A stretch of DNA of 64,000 nt from Enoplolaimus lenunculus (Eukaryota): NCBI GenBank assembly GCA_030248215.1, contig JASANG010001414.1, forward strand, positions 558,001 to 622,000, read 5' to 3'. The notes below the pieces were generated by a model. It ran no database searches. It was not told the origin of the DNA and saw only the letters and a list, made by a program, of their open reading frames with translations. Positions 47,591-61,800 of this stretch are shown in pieces. Position numbers and translations under genes: made by a program. Position 1 is the first letter of the stretch. Each line of letters starts with the position of its first letter.

Positions 47591-50500
47591 CTAAAGTGAA
47601 AAAACTTCCTGTTGATGTTGGATATATTAAGAATGGAACGCAGTTTAATTTATTGGTCCGATTTTTTTGGACTTGTAGCGCATTAGAAATTTTCGCCAAT
47701 GTTAATTTAAGGGGCGTCCACGTTTCTGGTGGGTCCATAAAAGAGTTGGTTTAGAGATTCTAGATTACATTTTTTGATTAGGCTTAGGCTTAGGCTTAGG
47801 AACACATTTTTGCAACGCTTAGGCTTAGGCTTAGGCTTAGAAATACGCATAATCTACTGTTACGCCACTTAAAGTAACATTGGCCGAAAATTTTGTAATA
47901 TCATCAGCGGTGAGTGGATTTATTTCTTAATAATAGGGCCAACAATTTTTATTTCCAGTTCAAGCCATTTCTATACTAACAAAACCTATATTGGCTGCGA
48001 TTAAAACTTTCAACATAGAACCAGCTTGTTCAGTAAACACGGTTACCGTTGATTTATAAGGCAAATAAATTCAGCGGACTTTATCAAGCTATTGGATCTA
48101 GAAGTTTTCTAATTGCTTAGACTACAACTACGGTTTTAGCATTAGTCCAGCGGCGGATCTAGAAATTTTTAACGGGGAACGGGCCGACAAAATTTATGAA
48201 ACGCAATTTTTACTGTATGTCATATATCTGGGCCAATATTCAGAAGGGGAAAATAGGAAGGTGGGTATTTTAGCATTTTATCACAAACAAAAAATTTTCC
48301 ACAGAATTGCGCGCATTTGAAGAGTGCAGAGTTATTTTCATTTGACACTTTCTGCTTAATAGGTTACAATACCGTCGAAATAGATTGCATAAAAAAGAAA
48401 ATATATACATCAAACTGTTGTGTCTTTAAGAAGCTGTATTAAAACAATACTGCTTACATGCAATTTACGTAGTCAAGTCAACTTACACTTCGATTAAACA
48501 CCATCTTTATGCTAATTTAACTTGGTATAGAATAATTATTTCATTTTTCTAAAAAAGTTTTTTACATCTTAAGACCTTTTCACTAGATCGTATTAAACAA
48601 AGTCAAAAGGTAAGATGTTAATCCGATTGATCCATGTAAACATCACGGGTGGAACGTTTTTCTGCGCGACTCCAAAAGAGCGTTCTTATGCTTGTGGACT
48701 AAGGCTTTGACTTCGGCTTAGGTATAAGATCATTCTTATGCTTAGGCTAGGGTTATAAGCGTAAACTTAGGCCTAGAAATATGCTTATATATACTACATT
48801 TACGACCCTGTTATATACATTGGCTAACATTCTAGAGACAGATCATTTGCGAATGAACCAAAAATCTGTTAAACCATGCGCTGAACAAGTGAACTTTTTA
48901 AAAAGGGACCCATGTAAATATCAGGAGCGGAACGTTTTTCTGCGGACTAGAAAAGAGTAAGCTTAAGTTTTAGAATAATTTTTTGCTTGGCTTTGGCTTA
49001 GGCTTAGGCTTAGGAATATGCTTATAATACTGTTCCGCCCCTGTTCTTTGCATTTGCCGGTTAAGGTAATACTAAAAAGCGACAGATTGGCGTGTTAACG
49101 TTACCTTATATTATTTTCGGTGACAAATTGAAATTTTATATTGTAAATCGGTACACCATGGACTTACACATGAAAAAGTGTTTCTGAATTTATTAAGGAG
49201 AGTTTTTTCTGTGGCCAATCTGAACAGTTTACCTGATATTTAAGGCAATTTTTCTAAAAATAACTTTAAAACGTTTATTTTCAGACTTTATGTCAAAGCT
49301 TTTTTGAAACCTTTTCTGTTATAACAGAAATACTTTTCAAGTGCACCTTGTTAATTATATTTCTTTAATGTAAGAAATTTTTTTCTTTAATATCAGAAAT
49401 AGTATTTTGAGTGTAAGACATGCTGCGACTAATTTTGCATGAACTAACAATAAGATCGTTTAGCTGAAACATATTATTCCGGTAAAGACTTCTACCGTAT
49501 TTTGTTAAAATTCAAGAAAGTTTATGACGCCAATTACGTACTAAATAAATAATGAAACCATTATTGTTTCGCATTGTTTAGACGCTAATACTTAAATGTA
49601 TACAACTATCAACCGCAACGATCAAAGAGATAACTTTTCATGCAAATTATTTTCGCAAGCGACAAGAAAGTTAAGCTATAGCTAACGTTCAGCTCGAGTC
49701 GCTGAAATTTGGTAAAACATTTTTTACGAAATTTGAACGCGTCATGAGGCTAAATTATGACGGGAGACCATTTCAAGTAGACCCCTTAGGGTCCTTCGGC
49801 CTGCGTTTTATGCGGTGTTATAGTAGAGTGTGGACTCGCTACTGTTCATGAGCGTAGCCAACCGACGTTCGTGTGTTACCAACAACTAAAACTGTGGGTA
49901 AAATTCATAAAAGCTGGTTTTCCAATTGGCCACCTGCCTACGCGTTCGATACTGTTGCTTTATTATCAAGGCATTGGTGAAAAAGTTAGTCTAAAGCTTA
50001 AACTGACTCTATTACATCCCCGCCGGAAAACTATCCGGCCCTGTTATATACATGGGCCTCTAAACCTGTTGAGATGATACAACATTTTTCACTAAATTGC
50101 TACTTTTAGGGCAGTAACCGTATATTAAGCATATTTCTAAACTGAAATCGAAGCTTTTGTGTTGGAAAAAATTGCAAAACTAAGCCTAAGTTTAAGCCTG
50201 TTCAGATGTCACAACACCTTTCGCTAAATTCCAATAAACGCAATCCGGAATACTTCAGTCCTTTAGTGTTCTCTATGGTTGTCTTATTAAAATTTTCATG
50301 GGATGAACGCGGAAGTTGTAGCAGAATTTTCCAGCAACGTCAAAACTTTGCCAACAAGACAAAACTTTTTTAAACAAAGCTTAATCACCCCGTTGGCTGT
50401 GGGCCTTGAATGCTGTCTTTCGAGCGAACCAATTGGTATATGTATGAGTTTATTATTTGACTAAAAATTAACATTAAAAGAACGAAACGAATAATGTACA

Positions 50501-52812
50501 CAAAGTTTATAAAAGGCTGCTGTGCACAAACTCAAAAATTTTATTGTATGAAATATTTTTGTTGAGATTAATTTTTGAAATATGTCGAGAGGAAAGTCGA
50601 TCCTGGAAAGCCAGCGTAAATAGTTTCGCATATTTTTTTTCAAAAGTTCCAAACCCTTAATGATCAAGTTAGTGCAATCAGCCCTTAAAATATTAACGCA
50701 TAACGGAAACATAACGTAATAATATAAAACATATTAATATAATGTATACTAATGCGAAAATGCAAAAATTGAATGAAAATTTTTCACAAAGATTGAACGA
50801 CTTTTTAAGAACTGACACCATTCGAATTTGTGGAATATTAATTACCCATATATATTGAAAATTAATCCTTTAAATTTGCTAATCTTTCAAATTTAAGTAT
50901 AACAAATTTTATGCCTCCCGGTGGAGTAATAGTTTGAATTTTCAATATTCTAAAACCAGCCAAATAGCTATTTTTTGACATTCTTCTACACTGATTATAC
51001 AACTATTTAAACACTATGGCCGTAACAGTCCTATAAGCATCTTCCTAAGTCTAATCCAATAGCCTATTCCAAAGCCTAAACATATTAAGGATAAGCTTTA
51101 TACGTAAGCCTAAGTCAGAGCAAAAAATTAGTCTCAAGTTTAAACGTACTCGTTTGCAGTCGTACGATAAAAACGGTTTTCCCCTAACCTATGCATGGGT
51201 CAAAGATAGGCGTTGAGTACAAAATGTAGATATATTTAAACGACAAATAAACATTGCGTTGACTATCGGCGCGCGCAAGCGCAACTTTAATACCATACTA
51301 AATTATGCGAATGCATTGAACACGGCTGTTACAGCAGTATAACCATATTCCTAAGCCTAAGTCTAAACTTAAGCCTATAAGCATAAGCGAAAGAATTATA
51401 AACCTAAGCCTAAGCAAAAAATAGTCTAAAGCTTAAAAGCTTCCCCTGATCATTGCATGGGCCCTAAATTTTTCTATGAACCCATAAAACCATGAAGGTA
51501 TTGAGCGAAAACAAATACTAAAACAAAAACAATGGCAGTGATTATCTATGATGCAACGTGAATTTCGCAAGAATAACTAACATTCAACGCTTCATTTCGA
51601 CTAATTTGGAAAGTTTTTAATTCGTCAAAATACGATGTCAACCAGCGTTGGTCATCTTGTAAACGGGAGATAAAAAAACTTAACCGAGATTTTCAATCAG
51701 GGTTTGAATATCATTTTAACAATTTTATGTAGTGTTTCACTCAAAATACGAAACAAATTATTATAACGACTAAAGCAAATTGTAATATTTCTATGACAGT
51801 TCAAAGGCGATTTGATCCGTTGCAATTGTTTCTGTGACGACGATAATTAACGAAATACCACCCCGAAATGTGATATAACTGTTTCAAGCCTACCGAACCT
51901 AATTTCTTGACAGCGAGGATAGGATCATTAATTAATTTTAATAGGTTTTACAATACAGAGAGCACTAAACATGCAAGCAAAACAAAACAACAGACACAAA
52001 TAAATTAAAATTGCCGTCGAAACAGAAATTAAGTGTGAGGTAAAAATTTATGATTTCAGCCAAAGTAAAAAAACAGGGCCGTAACAGTAGTTTCAGCATA
52101 ATTCTAAGCGTATGCCTAAGCCTAAGCGTAAAAATGAGCTTATACCTAAGTCTAAGTCCAAGTCTAAGCAAAAAAAGTTAGTCTAAAGATTAAGCTTATT
52201 TTATGGCAGTCCTGCAGAAAAACGTTCATCTCCTCATCTTCACATGGCCCGTGACCTGCTAAAACATTCAGATTATTGGAAAATCCGCACGTGAGACAGA
52301 ACCTTAATAAGAACTGCGCTATGCTCGGCAATAGCGAACCGCAAACTATTAACATAGATTTTAGTTTTAAAATTTTAGACTTTAGAATTTTTAGTTTTTA
52401 ATTACAAAGTTATAAGCGTTGACTTCCATAAACACAAACAGACATGGTAAAGCGAGTACACTGAGTTATATCAAGAGTGGATGATGCATACTTCAACAAA
52501 AATGCGCAACTGGGCACAATCTGTGTAGGAAAGAATGTATCCGGCATGCGTTGCGTTTTTGGCCTGCACCCCTCTTAGTTATGAGGTATATCTTGTTCGA
52601 ACCATGGCACTGCATGCATACGGCATTACAAATGCCCTGGGTATAATTTAATTTAGAGGTCTGGCATGTGATAGGGGCCCCTGTACAAAGGGATTGGCTA
52701 AAAACGCAACGTCCGGTGGTACATTTTGTGCCACACAGGATTTGGTAGTTGCACACTTTTGTTAAAGAGTTTATCATCCGCTATTAATTATATCAATAGT
52801 TTAATAACAATG

Positions 52813-55800
52813 CTAGCACGCAAGGACTGGCTTGAGGTAACTTTCCATTGTTCTAAAAATAAAAAAATATGTTTTGCATCAGAAATCACAAGATCGGTAC
52901 AAGGAACGAGCAGTAAACAAAGAGTCAAACGTCGGTATGTACACTAATTAAGGTCATTTTCTTGCTAACTGTTCTAAACGCTGTGTTGGGTAAACTATTG
53001 GCTTGTCCCATTTCATAGAGAGATAACCTGTTTAAATTCCGTAAAATATGATAGACCCTAGTGAAGATTATTTTGCTTCACGACAGTTTTAAATACGAGA
53101 TTAGTAAGGTTCAGAATAAAAGCACAAACCAACCTATTTGATGGCAGCACAAAATCAGATTTTAGTACGCATTCTTTCAGCTTTGTCTTTAGCGTTGAAT
53201 GTTCAGGGCATTTTGTTACTAAAATTTAATATTTAACAAAGATTAACAAAGATATTTATATGTATATATATATTGTTTTCAAAATGATAAATGCTGATTG
53301 AAAATTTAACCAATTTTAAAATGAAGAAATATAATATTAGTAAACAAAACATTTGCCGTTAAAATTAACATTCGTTCAAGGCAACTGATTTTCCGAAACA
53401 ACTTTGTTTATTGCAATTTCAATTTTTGTTTCAAAACTGACCAACGAAAATTTAATCTCAAATACCAAATACAATTCAAAACAGTATTCCGATAACCCCA
53501 CATTCAGGGTATAAATCACCTGGTATGTCTCGATCGTTTTCGTACGCCGATTCGAGAGTTTAAAAACGACTTACCACAATGATGCTTAAATCGATAATAT
53601 TCTGACGCGCATGTGCACTGCTTTGTGCCGTGTGTAGGTGATTTTTGACATGACGCAAGACGGCAAGCGGCACCACACTGAATGTCATGTAGACAACCAT
53701 TGTCTCCCGGAGATAACACTAAAATCAACACTTTAACAAGCCAAACTAAACGATCCAAGGGCAGATTTAGACAGTCAGGTTAGGGAATAAAGTTTTAGCA
53801 TTTTCGCTGAAACAGAATCTAAAATCGTTTCAAGAAAAATTAGCGATGAGACTTCAACAAGCCAAACTAAAAGCTCAAAGGGCAAATTTAAAGAGTTAGA
53901 TTTGGCAATATAGTTGTATAGTATTTTTGCTGAAACAGAATCTAAAATTGTTTCTGAAAAATTAGCGATGTAGAATCCACTGCTTAACGAAAAAGCATAC
54001 ATGGCGCACCTGGCGTTCTAAAAGCAAGGCGGACACATACACTAGGGTACGATATGTGATAGCGGAAAAAACATTGCGAGCGATGCATATACGCGAGCCG
54101 ACAAGTGCAATTTAAATAGTTTGTAAGGTATAGGGACCTCACTATTTTCCCGTAAAATTTTCCATTCTATGTTACGCAAAATATTCTGACTTCGTCCCAA
54201 GTATAGAACAGGGCCGCAACAGTAGTATATGCATATTCCAAAGCCTAAGCCGAAGCCTAAGCCTAAGACTAAGCGTAAGGATGATCCTATTAAGCCTATT
54301 AAGCCTAAACCTATGCCTAAACAAAAAAGTTAGTCTAAAGTTTAAACTGACTCGATTGCAGCCCTGCGGGAAAACGATCCGGCTCTGATCTATACATGGT
54401 CCCAGTCTTCTGAAATGGGTGAGACGCCACGTTTCCCTGGCTTCTGCGCTGCTCGAATGTATTCACATGTTTTCATTTTATATAAAGCCTTATTATAAGA
54501 GCGAACAAGCGGCCAATGTAAAGAACAGGGGCGGAACCGTATTGTGAGCACATTCCTAAGCCTAAGCGTAAGAATGAGCATATTCCTAAGCCTAAGCCAA
54601 AACCTAAGCCTAAGCCTGAAGCAAAAAAATAGTCTAAAACTTAAGCTTACTCTATTGCAGTCCCACAGAAAAACGTTCCGCCCCTGATCTTTACATGGGC
54701 CGAACAAGCTATGCAAAAATTAAACTTTCACAAACGGTTGAACTATCTCGAAACATAAGGATTGCGTTATACTTGCCGCGCGCCGCCCGACGCCCCCTCG
54801 GCCGTCGCATGTCGCGGACGCCATCACACGCCACTAAATATAATTTTGAGTATATTTTTGTTAGCAACGCATAGCGGCGTGTGGCGGCGCCCGGCGGCGT
54901 TCGGCGGCGCCCGACGGCGTTCGGCGGCGTTCGGCGGCGCCCGACGGCGTTCGGCGGCGTTCGGCGGCGCCCGGCGGCGTTCGGCGGCGCCCGGCGGCGT
55001 TCGGTGGCGCCCGGCGGCGTCCAGCGCAGTAAACTAAAACTTACATGGAATGCAAATACCCTGTACGCACCACTCGCCCTTTACCCATGAACAATTTTTC
55101 TGCGATATGCATTTGTGCCAGCCAAAGTATGTCGCTTGTGGTAAACCTAAAATATATTTTATAGTTATAAAATAAACATATTGTAAGAAAAACTAAAAAA
55201 CACATTATTGCTATTTGTCTCGAATTTAATGGAGACAAACTTGTGTTTGTTTACAGAAAACTTTGCAGGCCAGTAGCCTGTTTACCTTGCTAGGGGGCTA
55301 AAAAATTTTCAGGAGGGGCATTGAACGGTGTTTAATGACTTGCAAGCAAGGTTGAATGTGTTCTAGGGGGCAAAAATTTGTCCGGGGGGAGGGGGACTCA
55401 GCACTCCTCTGGCCCCCCTTGGCTAAGGATCCCAAAACTTTGCAAGCAAAATTGAGTAAAATTTTACTAAATTTGGAATGTTCCAGTGCTATTATATAAT
55501 CTTCTAAATAGAATCATAACAGAACAAGCATTGACCACATTTTTCAATGGAGATGTAACCAACAAAAAATATATACACAATTACCTTTAGATCTACAACT
55601 AGGACCCATATTCTCAAATGTGTATAGCAACCATTATCAGTTGACGATATGTTTGGATATTAACGAACTGCAGCAATTGCGAATCTCAAAAGTTGCGTAA
55701 AAGTGGACAACCCCAAGTTTTCAACATCGCAATTCACTGGTTTGAAAGCTACAAGACCTATCACCAATTGCTTATAAGCGTTGCGCACATTTGAAAATAG

Positions 55801-58800
55801 GGGCTATTTTTCGCGGTTTGCGTTACCTAAAGTTTTCGCCAATTGTTTCTGTTGCATTTCGTTCGTTTCGCGTTCGTCAAATTCGTCATCTATAATGTCA
55901 TCGGAACGCAGTGACGTTTCGAATGACGTCATAACACTGCAACATACGCCGTTTCTGTTGCATTCCGGGTGATCCGGAGGGCATCTTGTTGTTTCCGTGT
56001 TACATTTTGAGTGCCATTTTCCTGTGGCCGGATCAGTGAATCCTTGCGTTAGACAAGTCGGGGCCGAGGTCTTGTTGGTAGAATTGCCAGACGACGAAGG
56101 TTTCATGCGCCGGCCTGAAATTTAAGCGGCAACAAATATTAAAAAGTATGGATACAGGAGACAAATGGTTGGGGACTTGTACCCTTTCCCTCAAAACCTT
56201 TTCTAAAACCTAAGCCTAAGCCTACGGTTGATCCTAAGCCTAAACCTAAGCCCATTTGGTTGAGAGTGTACAAGAGTCAAAGGCGGTGTTTAGGACTAAA
56301 TAGCCGGCGATGTGCAGGCAGCATTTCATGTGGAGATGGTATCACTTACTTTTTTGGACTCCAGATATTTGTTTGGTTATTCTAAGGACAGCAGAAGTGC
56401 CACTTTTCTGTCACTTTTCAAAATTTCAGAGAAGGATATGTTCCCTGTATTCCTTTCCTTGTATCCACCCTTTAGCAGGCACGTAGCCAAAAAGGGCCAG
56501 GGGGCGTAGCCTCCTGGAAATTTCTTGCCCACCCTAGGACTTTTTAACCTTGCTGGTAAGTTATCAAAAACCCTTGACTGCCCCTCCTGAATAAAGTTTA
56601 GCTCCCTAGCAAGGCGAGCTGGCTACGGGCCTGCCTATTAGCATGAGGTTTCCCAGATTAAACGTTTTTGGCTGATGGACTAAAGCTCGTTTCGTTGAAT
56701 AGTGCTTGAAACATTCAATGATGCAAAAATTTTAACAATCGACATGAACGCTTTCAAATAAACTAAGCATATTGCGCAATTCTTCGTTGCGTTACGGTGT
56801 AAAATATTAATCATGAACAGGGGTGTATACAACAAGGAATGGAAAGATACATTCTCCGAAATTTCGTAAGTTTGGAAAAAACCACTTTGCGAGCTGAAAA
56901 TTACCTGCAGATGTCTGAAATATTTTCTTGCTCGCTATAATCGCTTGAAAATACAACTTTTAGACGAAATTAACACATACCGAAATGAAATTCTGGTTAC
57001 GCCTCTGGTCATAAGACAAGTAATTTTTTAGGTATCACGACAATTCGTCGACCGACAACTCGTCGATCGGTTCATTTTAATATGAAATTTCATCGAGACG
57101 ACGTTTCGTTACTCATCACTATGCTTAGGTTTAGGCTTAGACTAACAGAAGAAAAGCGCCAAAATGTTCGCAATTTGACTTACTTCTGCCCAATCGGCAG
57201 CAAACATTATTAGCCGTTTGACATTGATATCCAACAGGGCACAAACTAGCGATACAGTTACCGTTCGGTGGTAAACCATCAAAACACACTCCGCCCCCTG
57301 AAAAAATATTTCAAACGGTCCCGTATAATCATATGTGAAAGTGGAACATTTTTCCAGTACCGGCAGAAGCGTCCCCCAAACCTTCAATTGGGGACAACCC
57401 GACCTTTGTTGGCACATCCTGGCGGACTAAAATTTTTTCGAGGACCACGAACTTTTATAGAGCTGTGACACGTTTGATAGGGGCCTTCCGACTTGTTTGT
57501 GGAACCTACTAGATTCATCCTAATGCCGTCCTTGCGTTTTCACAAATATTTTTGCCCCCCCCTGAAAATTTTCTGGGCCCATTGTGATAGAAGGCTAATT
57601 CTGACATGGCTTTTTAAAAATTTTTAGCTGTTTTTTATTAAAGGGTTAGCTCGCTATGGGCCTGACATATCAAGCTAGCGTGATAACTTGGGGGGAACGC
57701 ACACTCATTGAATTTCATTCATTTACAACCCGCACCTTAAGTTTATACATCTTCACAATGACTGGTGTATCAAAACACATAGCAACTTTTACACCCTGTG
57801 GCGGAACTTTTTACATAAAGATACGTATCCAAGACAGCAGTGTTACAACGGAATTTCGATTCCGGCTAAAATTTCGATAAAATTTATATTCCGATTCCGA
57901 TCCCGACTGGCTGCTATTGCGATGCCGGAATTCCGATTTTTCGGTTAGGTGTTTGTAAGGTGGTTGAACCAAGGTTCGCCTGTTGTGTACGTTCGTTCAT
58001 TCGCAATTAATCTATTTGTTTTTTCAAATATTTTCAGTTGTTGCTTGAAGAGCATTTAGCATAGCAAATTATTATGCTGATTATCAAAATGTGACAGCAA
58101 TTGAAAACTTAAGTTTTACCTTTAACGAATAACTAAATTTGAACTTTAAACTCTATTTCATAGCTTCAAGCAATGATGTTCACCACACAAATTTTCAAAT
58201 ATAGCTCGATTTTTGGTTCAACACTATCCTTACTGTAGTGAAAACGACGATCCATTGAATTGGTTAATTTTCAAAAATCTGTGTCCGCTTACTTATTGTT
58301 TTATAAAAGACTTCATATTTAAAGTTTTAAAATGCTAAAAATGCTTAACTGCATTTAAACTTAACATCATGCGGATCCAGTGCTCTGAGAATTGGCAGGC
58401 TGCTCTTTGAATTTATAGGCCTCCATTAATATAATTTTACAGCGTTAGTAGATCGCTAATACAATCAGCTGTACAAGCAATTTTTCCCGAAACTGTGAAC
58501 AATACAGACAGGCATACTGTAACAAAAGTTAAAATTCATACACTTTAGTTTTAATATAGAATTACTGAAACTTAAATTCCGATTCCGATTCCCAATCCGG
58601 TTCCGATACAAAAAATTTGATTTCGATTACGATTCCGCTTCGGAAAAATTTAAAATTTGTAAATAATCTTTTTCATGTCTTCAGAATTTTTGGTAAGAAT
58701 ATCTTGTCCATGGTTTATGCGCCAGAACCTAAAAATCCTATTCATATATGCAAGTTTAGTAGCAAAAACGTGGATATATGAATAGGGTTTTAGGATACAG

Positions 58801-61800
58801 AAGATGTAATTTTTCAAGATCCACCCGTCAATAAAGTAAAAAAAAATACAATTTTATGTTCTCTTACCCATAAAATTGCTGTTCGGAAATCCTAATCCGT
58901 TATTTATCGATCCAAATCCTCCCGTGTTCAACAGCGATGAATCAATTGTGTTGAAGTCGTTGCCAAAAGTGTTAACACCAAACGGAGACGTTAACGCTTG
59001 ATTTGTTGTAAGAAGCCCTAAATTCGACCCTACGCCAGTTCCAACGCCACTTTGGCAGCATAAGTTGTTCGGCGTGCATGCGTAAGACAGAGGGCACAAT
59101 CCTGCTTGGCATTGTCCCAGCGGAGCACCACCATCAGGACAGCCACCTAAAAAGTTTTGAAAATAAAAATTAGAATAGAAAATAGCTTTTACGTCTGAGC
59201 AAATCAAAATACGTAGACTCTTGCTCACTCAGTGGGCTCGTAGCTAAGGGGGGCCAGCGGGACTTATTATCTCTGGAACAATTTTGGCCCCCTCTCCTAC
59301 AAAATTTTCAACCTTGACTGTAGGTCAACGAAAACCTTTGTATGCCGTCCTGAAAAATTTTTTAGTAGCAAAGTGAGCTGACTACGGGCCTGCCACTAAG
59401 CCTAAGCCTGAACATAAGCCGAAGCCTAAGTCTAAGCCTGACCACAAGCTTAAAGCCTAATTCTTAGCTTTTAAGCATATCCTTAGCGTAACTACTAAGC
59501 ATACTGGTGGAACCAAGCAGGTTACACAAGCTGAGACACTTCCTCTACAGAGATCAAGGCCAAAATTTTGTATTATAGATTTAGCACTAAAATTACGTTT
59601 GGCGTCTCGCTCACGAGGTTTTCTCCATTATATATGGTCCATCTCAGTCTCAAAATTTTTTGCACCCACCACAGGCTAAGCACCACTTTGAAAATACACG
59701 CACATCACTCCAGCAAATCCAATCATCAAAAATCTCACTTGATGCTCCAATACCGTTACATCTTCCAACTACTTTGCATAGCGTCCAACCCCCCTCTAAA
59801 CTGATCAATCTGCATTCCGTGCTTTGGGTACGACCAGTGCGAACTGATACTATGCTTCTCATGGTACGAATCAAAGCCTAACCCACTGTCGCGTATTAGT
59901 AATAATTAATTTTCTTACTTGTTCCAACACCGCTAAATCCTCCGAATACCGTTACATCTTCCAACTAGTTTGCATAGCGTCCATCGAGACCCCCTCTATA
60001 GTGATAATCTGCATTCCGTCCTTTGGGTAAGACCAGTGCCAACTGATACTATACCTCTCATGGTACAAATCAAAGCCTAACCCACTATAGCGTATTAGTG
60101 TTAATTAATTTTCTTACTTGTTCCAACACCGCTAAATCCTCCGAATACCGGTACATCTTCCAACTACTTTGCATAGCGTCTATCGAGATTCCCCCTCTAT
60201 AGTGATCAATCTGCATTCCGTCCTTTGGGCAAGACCAGTGCGAACTGATACTATGCTTCTCATGGTACAAATCAAAGCCTAACCCACTATCGCGTATTAG
60301 TGTTAATTAATTTTCTTACTTGTTCCAACACCGCTAAATCCTCCGACAACAGGGCAACAATACTGACCACTGATGCAAACTTCGCCAAGTTGACACTGAC
60401 CGTTGAGGCAAGTACTCGATGGTGTGACGCCGTTCGGACAAACTGCTGTTGCTTCTAAAATTTCGAATGATTCGAACAGAGTCGGCCGCGGAGACGGAAA
60501 TTTTTTAAAAAATGGCTAAGATGTTTAGTGAGACAAGAAAAAATTTTCTAACATAGAACTGTCTTGTGTAAACCTGAGTCTAAGGCCTTTATTCTCAAAT
60601 CTGAATAGTACTTATCACCAGTTGGTGCTAGGACTTGTAACTTTCGAACCAGTGAATGCTGAGGCTCAAAATTCAGCACATTTTTTACATATGATTTGAT
60701 GCACTCCTGTATGAACTTTGAGTTCAAGATCTGCAACAGTTGGTGAGTTTAAAAAGCTATTATTGATAGTTGCTATACACGTTTGAGAATATGGGACTAA
60801 CAGTCTACGCATTAAAACACTTAAAAAGTAAAATTAGAGCGAGCAAAAATGAAAACTGCAACAAATGTACTATGGGGGCATAGCAAGGATTTCGGAGAGA
60901 GGGAGTGTTTTAAATAATTTCAAAGGGGTTTCTTGTGTCGCAATGTTAAATTTTTGTCTTAAAACGCCTTCACGAAATCTCAACAGGGGTTGACCATCGA
61001 AATCCCTCCTTGCTACTGGCATGTACCTATGCCAGTCGTTATCACTCCAGGATTAATAATTTCGTTAATGTTGCCTGCGTTGTTCTGCGTGCAACATATG
61101 TTGTTTATGCAAGATTCGCCAAAATTGCAAATTCCATTGATGCACGAGCTGGTGGGTGTGCCTCCGTTTGGACATTGACCTGAAAAACAAACGAAATACG
61201 TTGCGCAGAGTTTAATAGAGGGTCTTAAAATGCATGCAAGAGCTGCATAGTATACGCAGGTAAACGCGGGCCGGGTAAGAAAATTTTCATGCATGCATAC
61301 CAGCGGCTAAAAATTTTAAAGCGCAGGTATAAATTTGTTAATCTTTAACTCACCTAAATTTTAACACAATAAACGGCAAACAGTGGTTCAAAATACATAG
61401 CTAGTACGGTGTTACATTTGTTTACTTAATGGTTTGTTTTAAAAGTATCTTTACGCACCGACACCTCTGATGTATATACAAAACAACCTTTCAGTTGAGC
61501 TAATCTCAAAACGACTCAAAGCCAAAGCTTTGTTTTTATTTATTTTTTGAAGCAGAAAAAGGTTTGAAATCGAAACATCACTAAAATTTTGCAAGTTTCT
61601 TGGATTATGTGTTTTTGAGACCGTCACATTTTGTCTTCGATTTTCAAATAAGTTGCCTAATAATTAAAGTTTTGACCTGCTTAACGATGCACAGCGTTCG
61701 GTTTTAGAGTAAACTGGCGTTTACAACTCACCTAAAATAGGCTGTGGTCCCACGGTGCCTCCTAAATTGCAACAAAACTGATCGTTAACACATGAGTAGC

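Noticed and set aside
48400..51300. Candidate ATG-only first exon of the tubulin
   Set aside because: Several ATG|GT candidates exist and none can be chosen without transcript data.
55603..55806. MITE inserted exactly at the stop codon of the Cys-rich gene
   Set aside because: A phase-1 donor at 55827 joins cleanly to exon 55045-55146, so the MITE is most likely intronic; it matters only if a short isoform exists.
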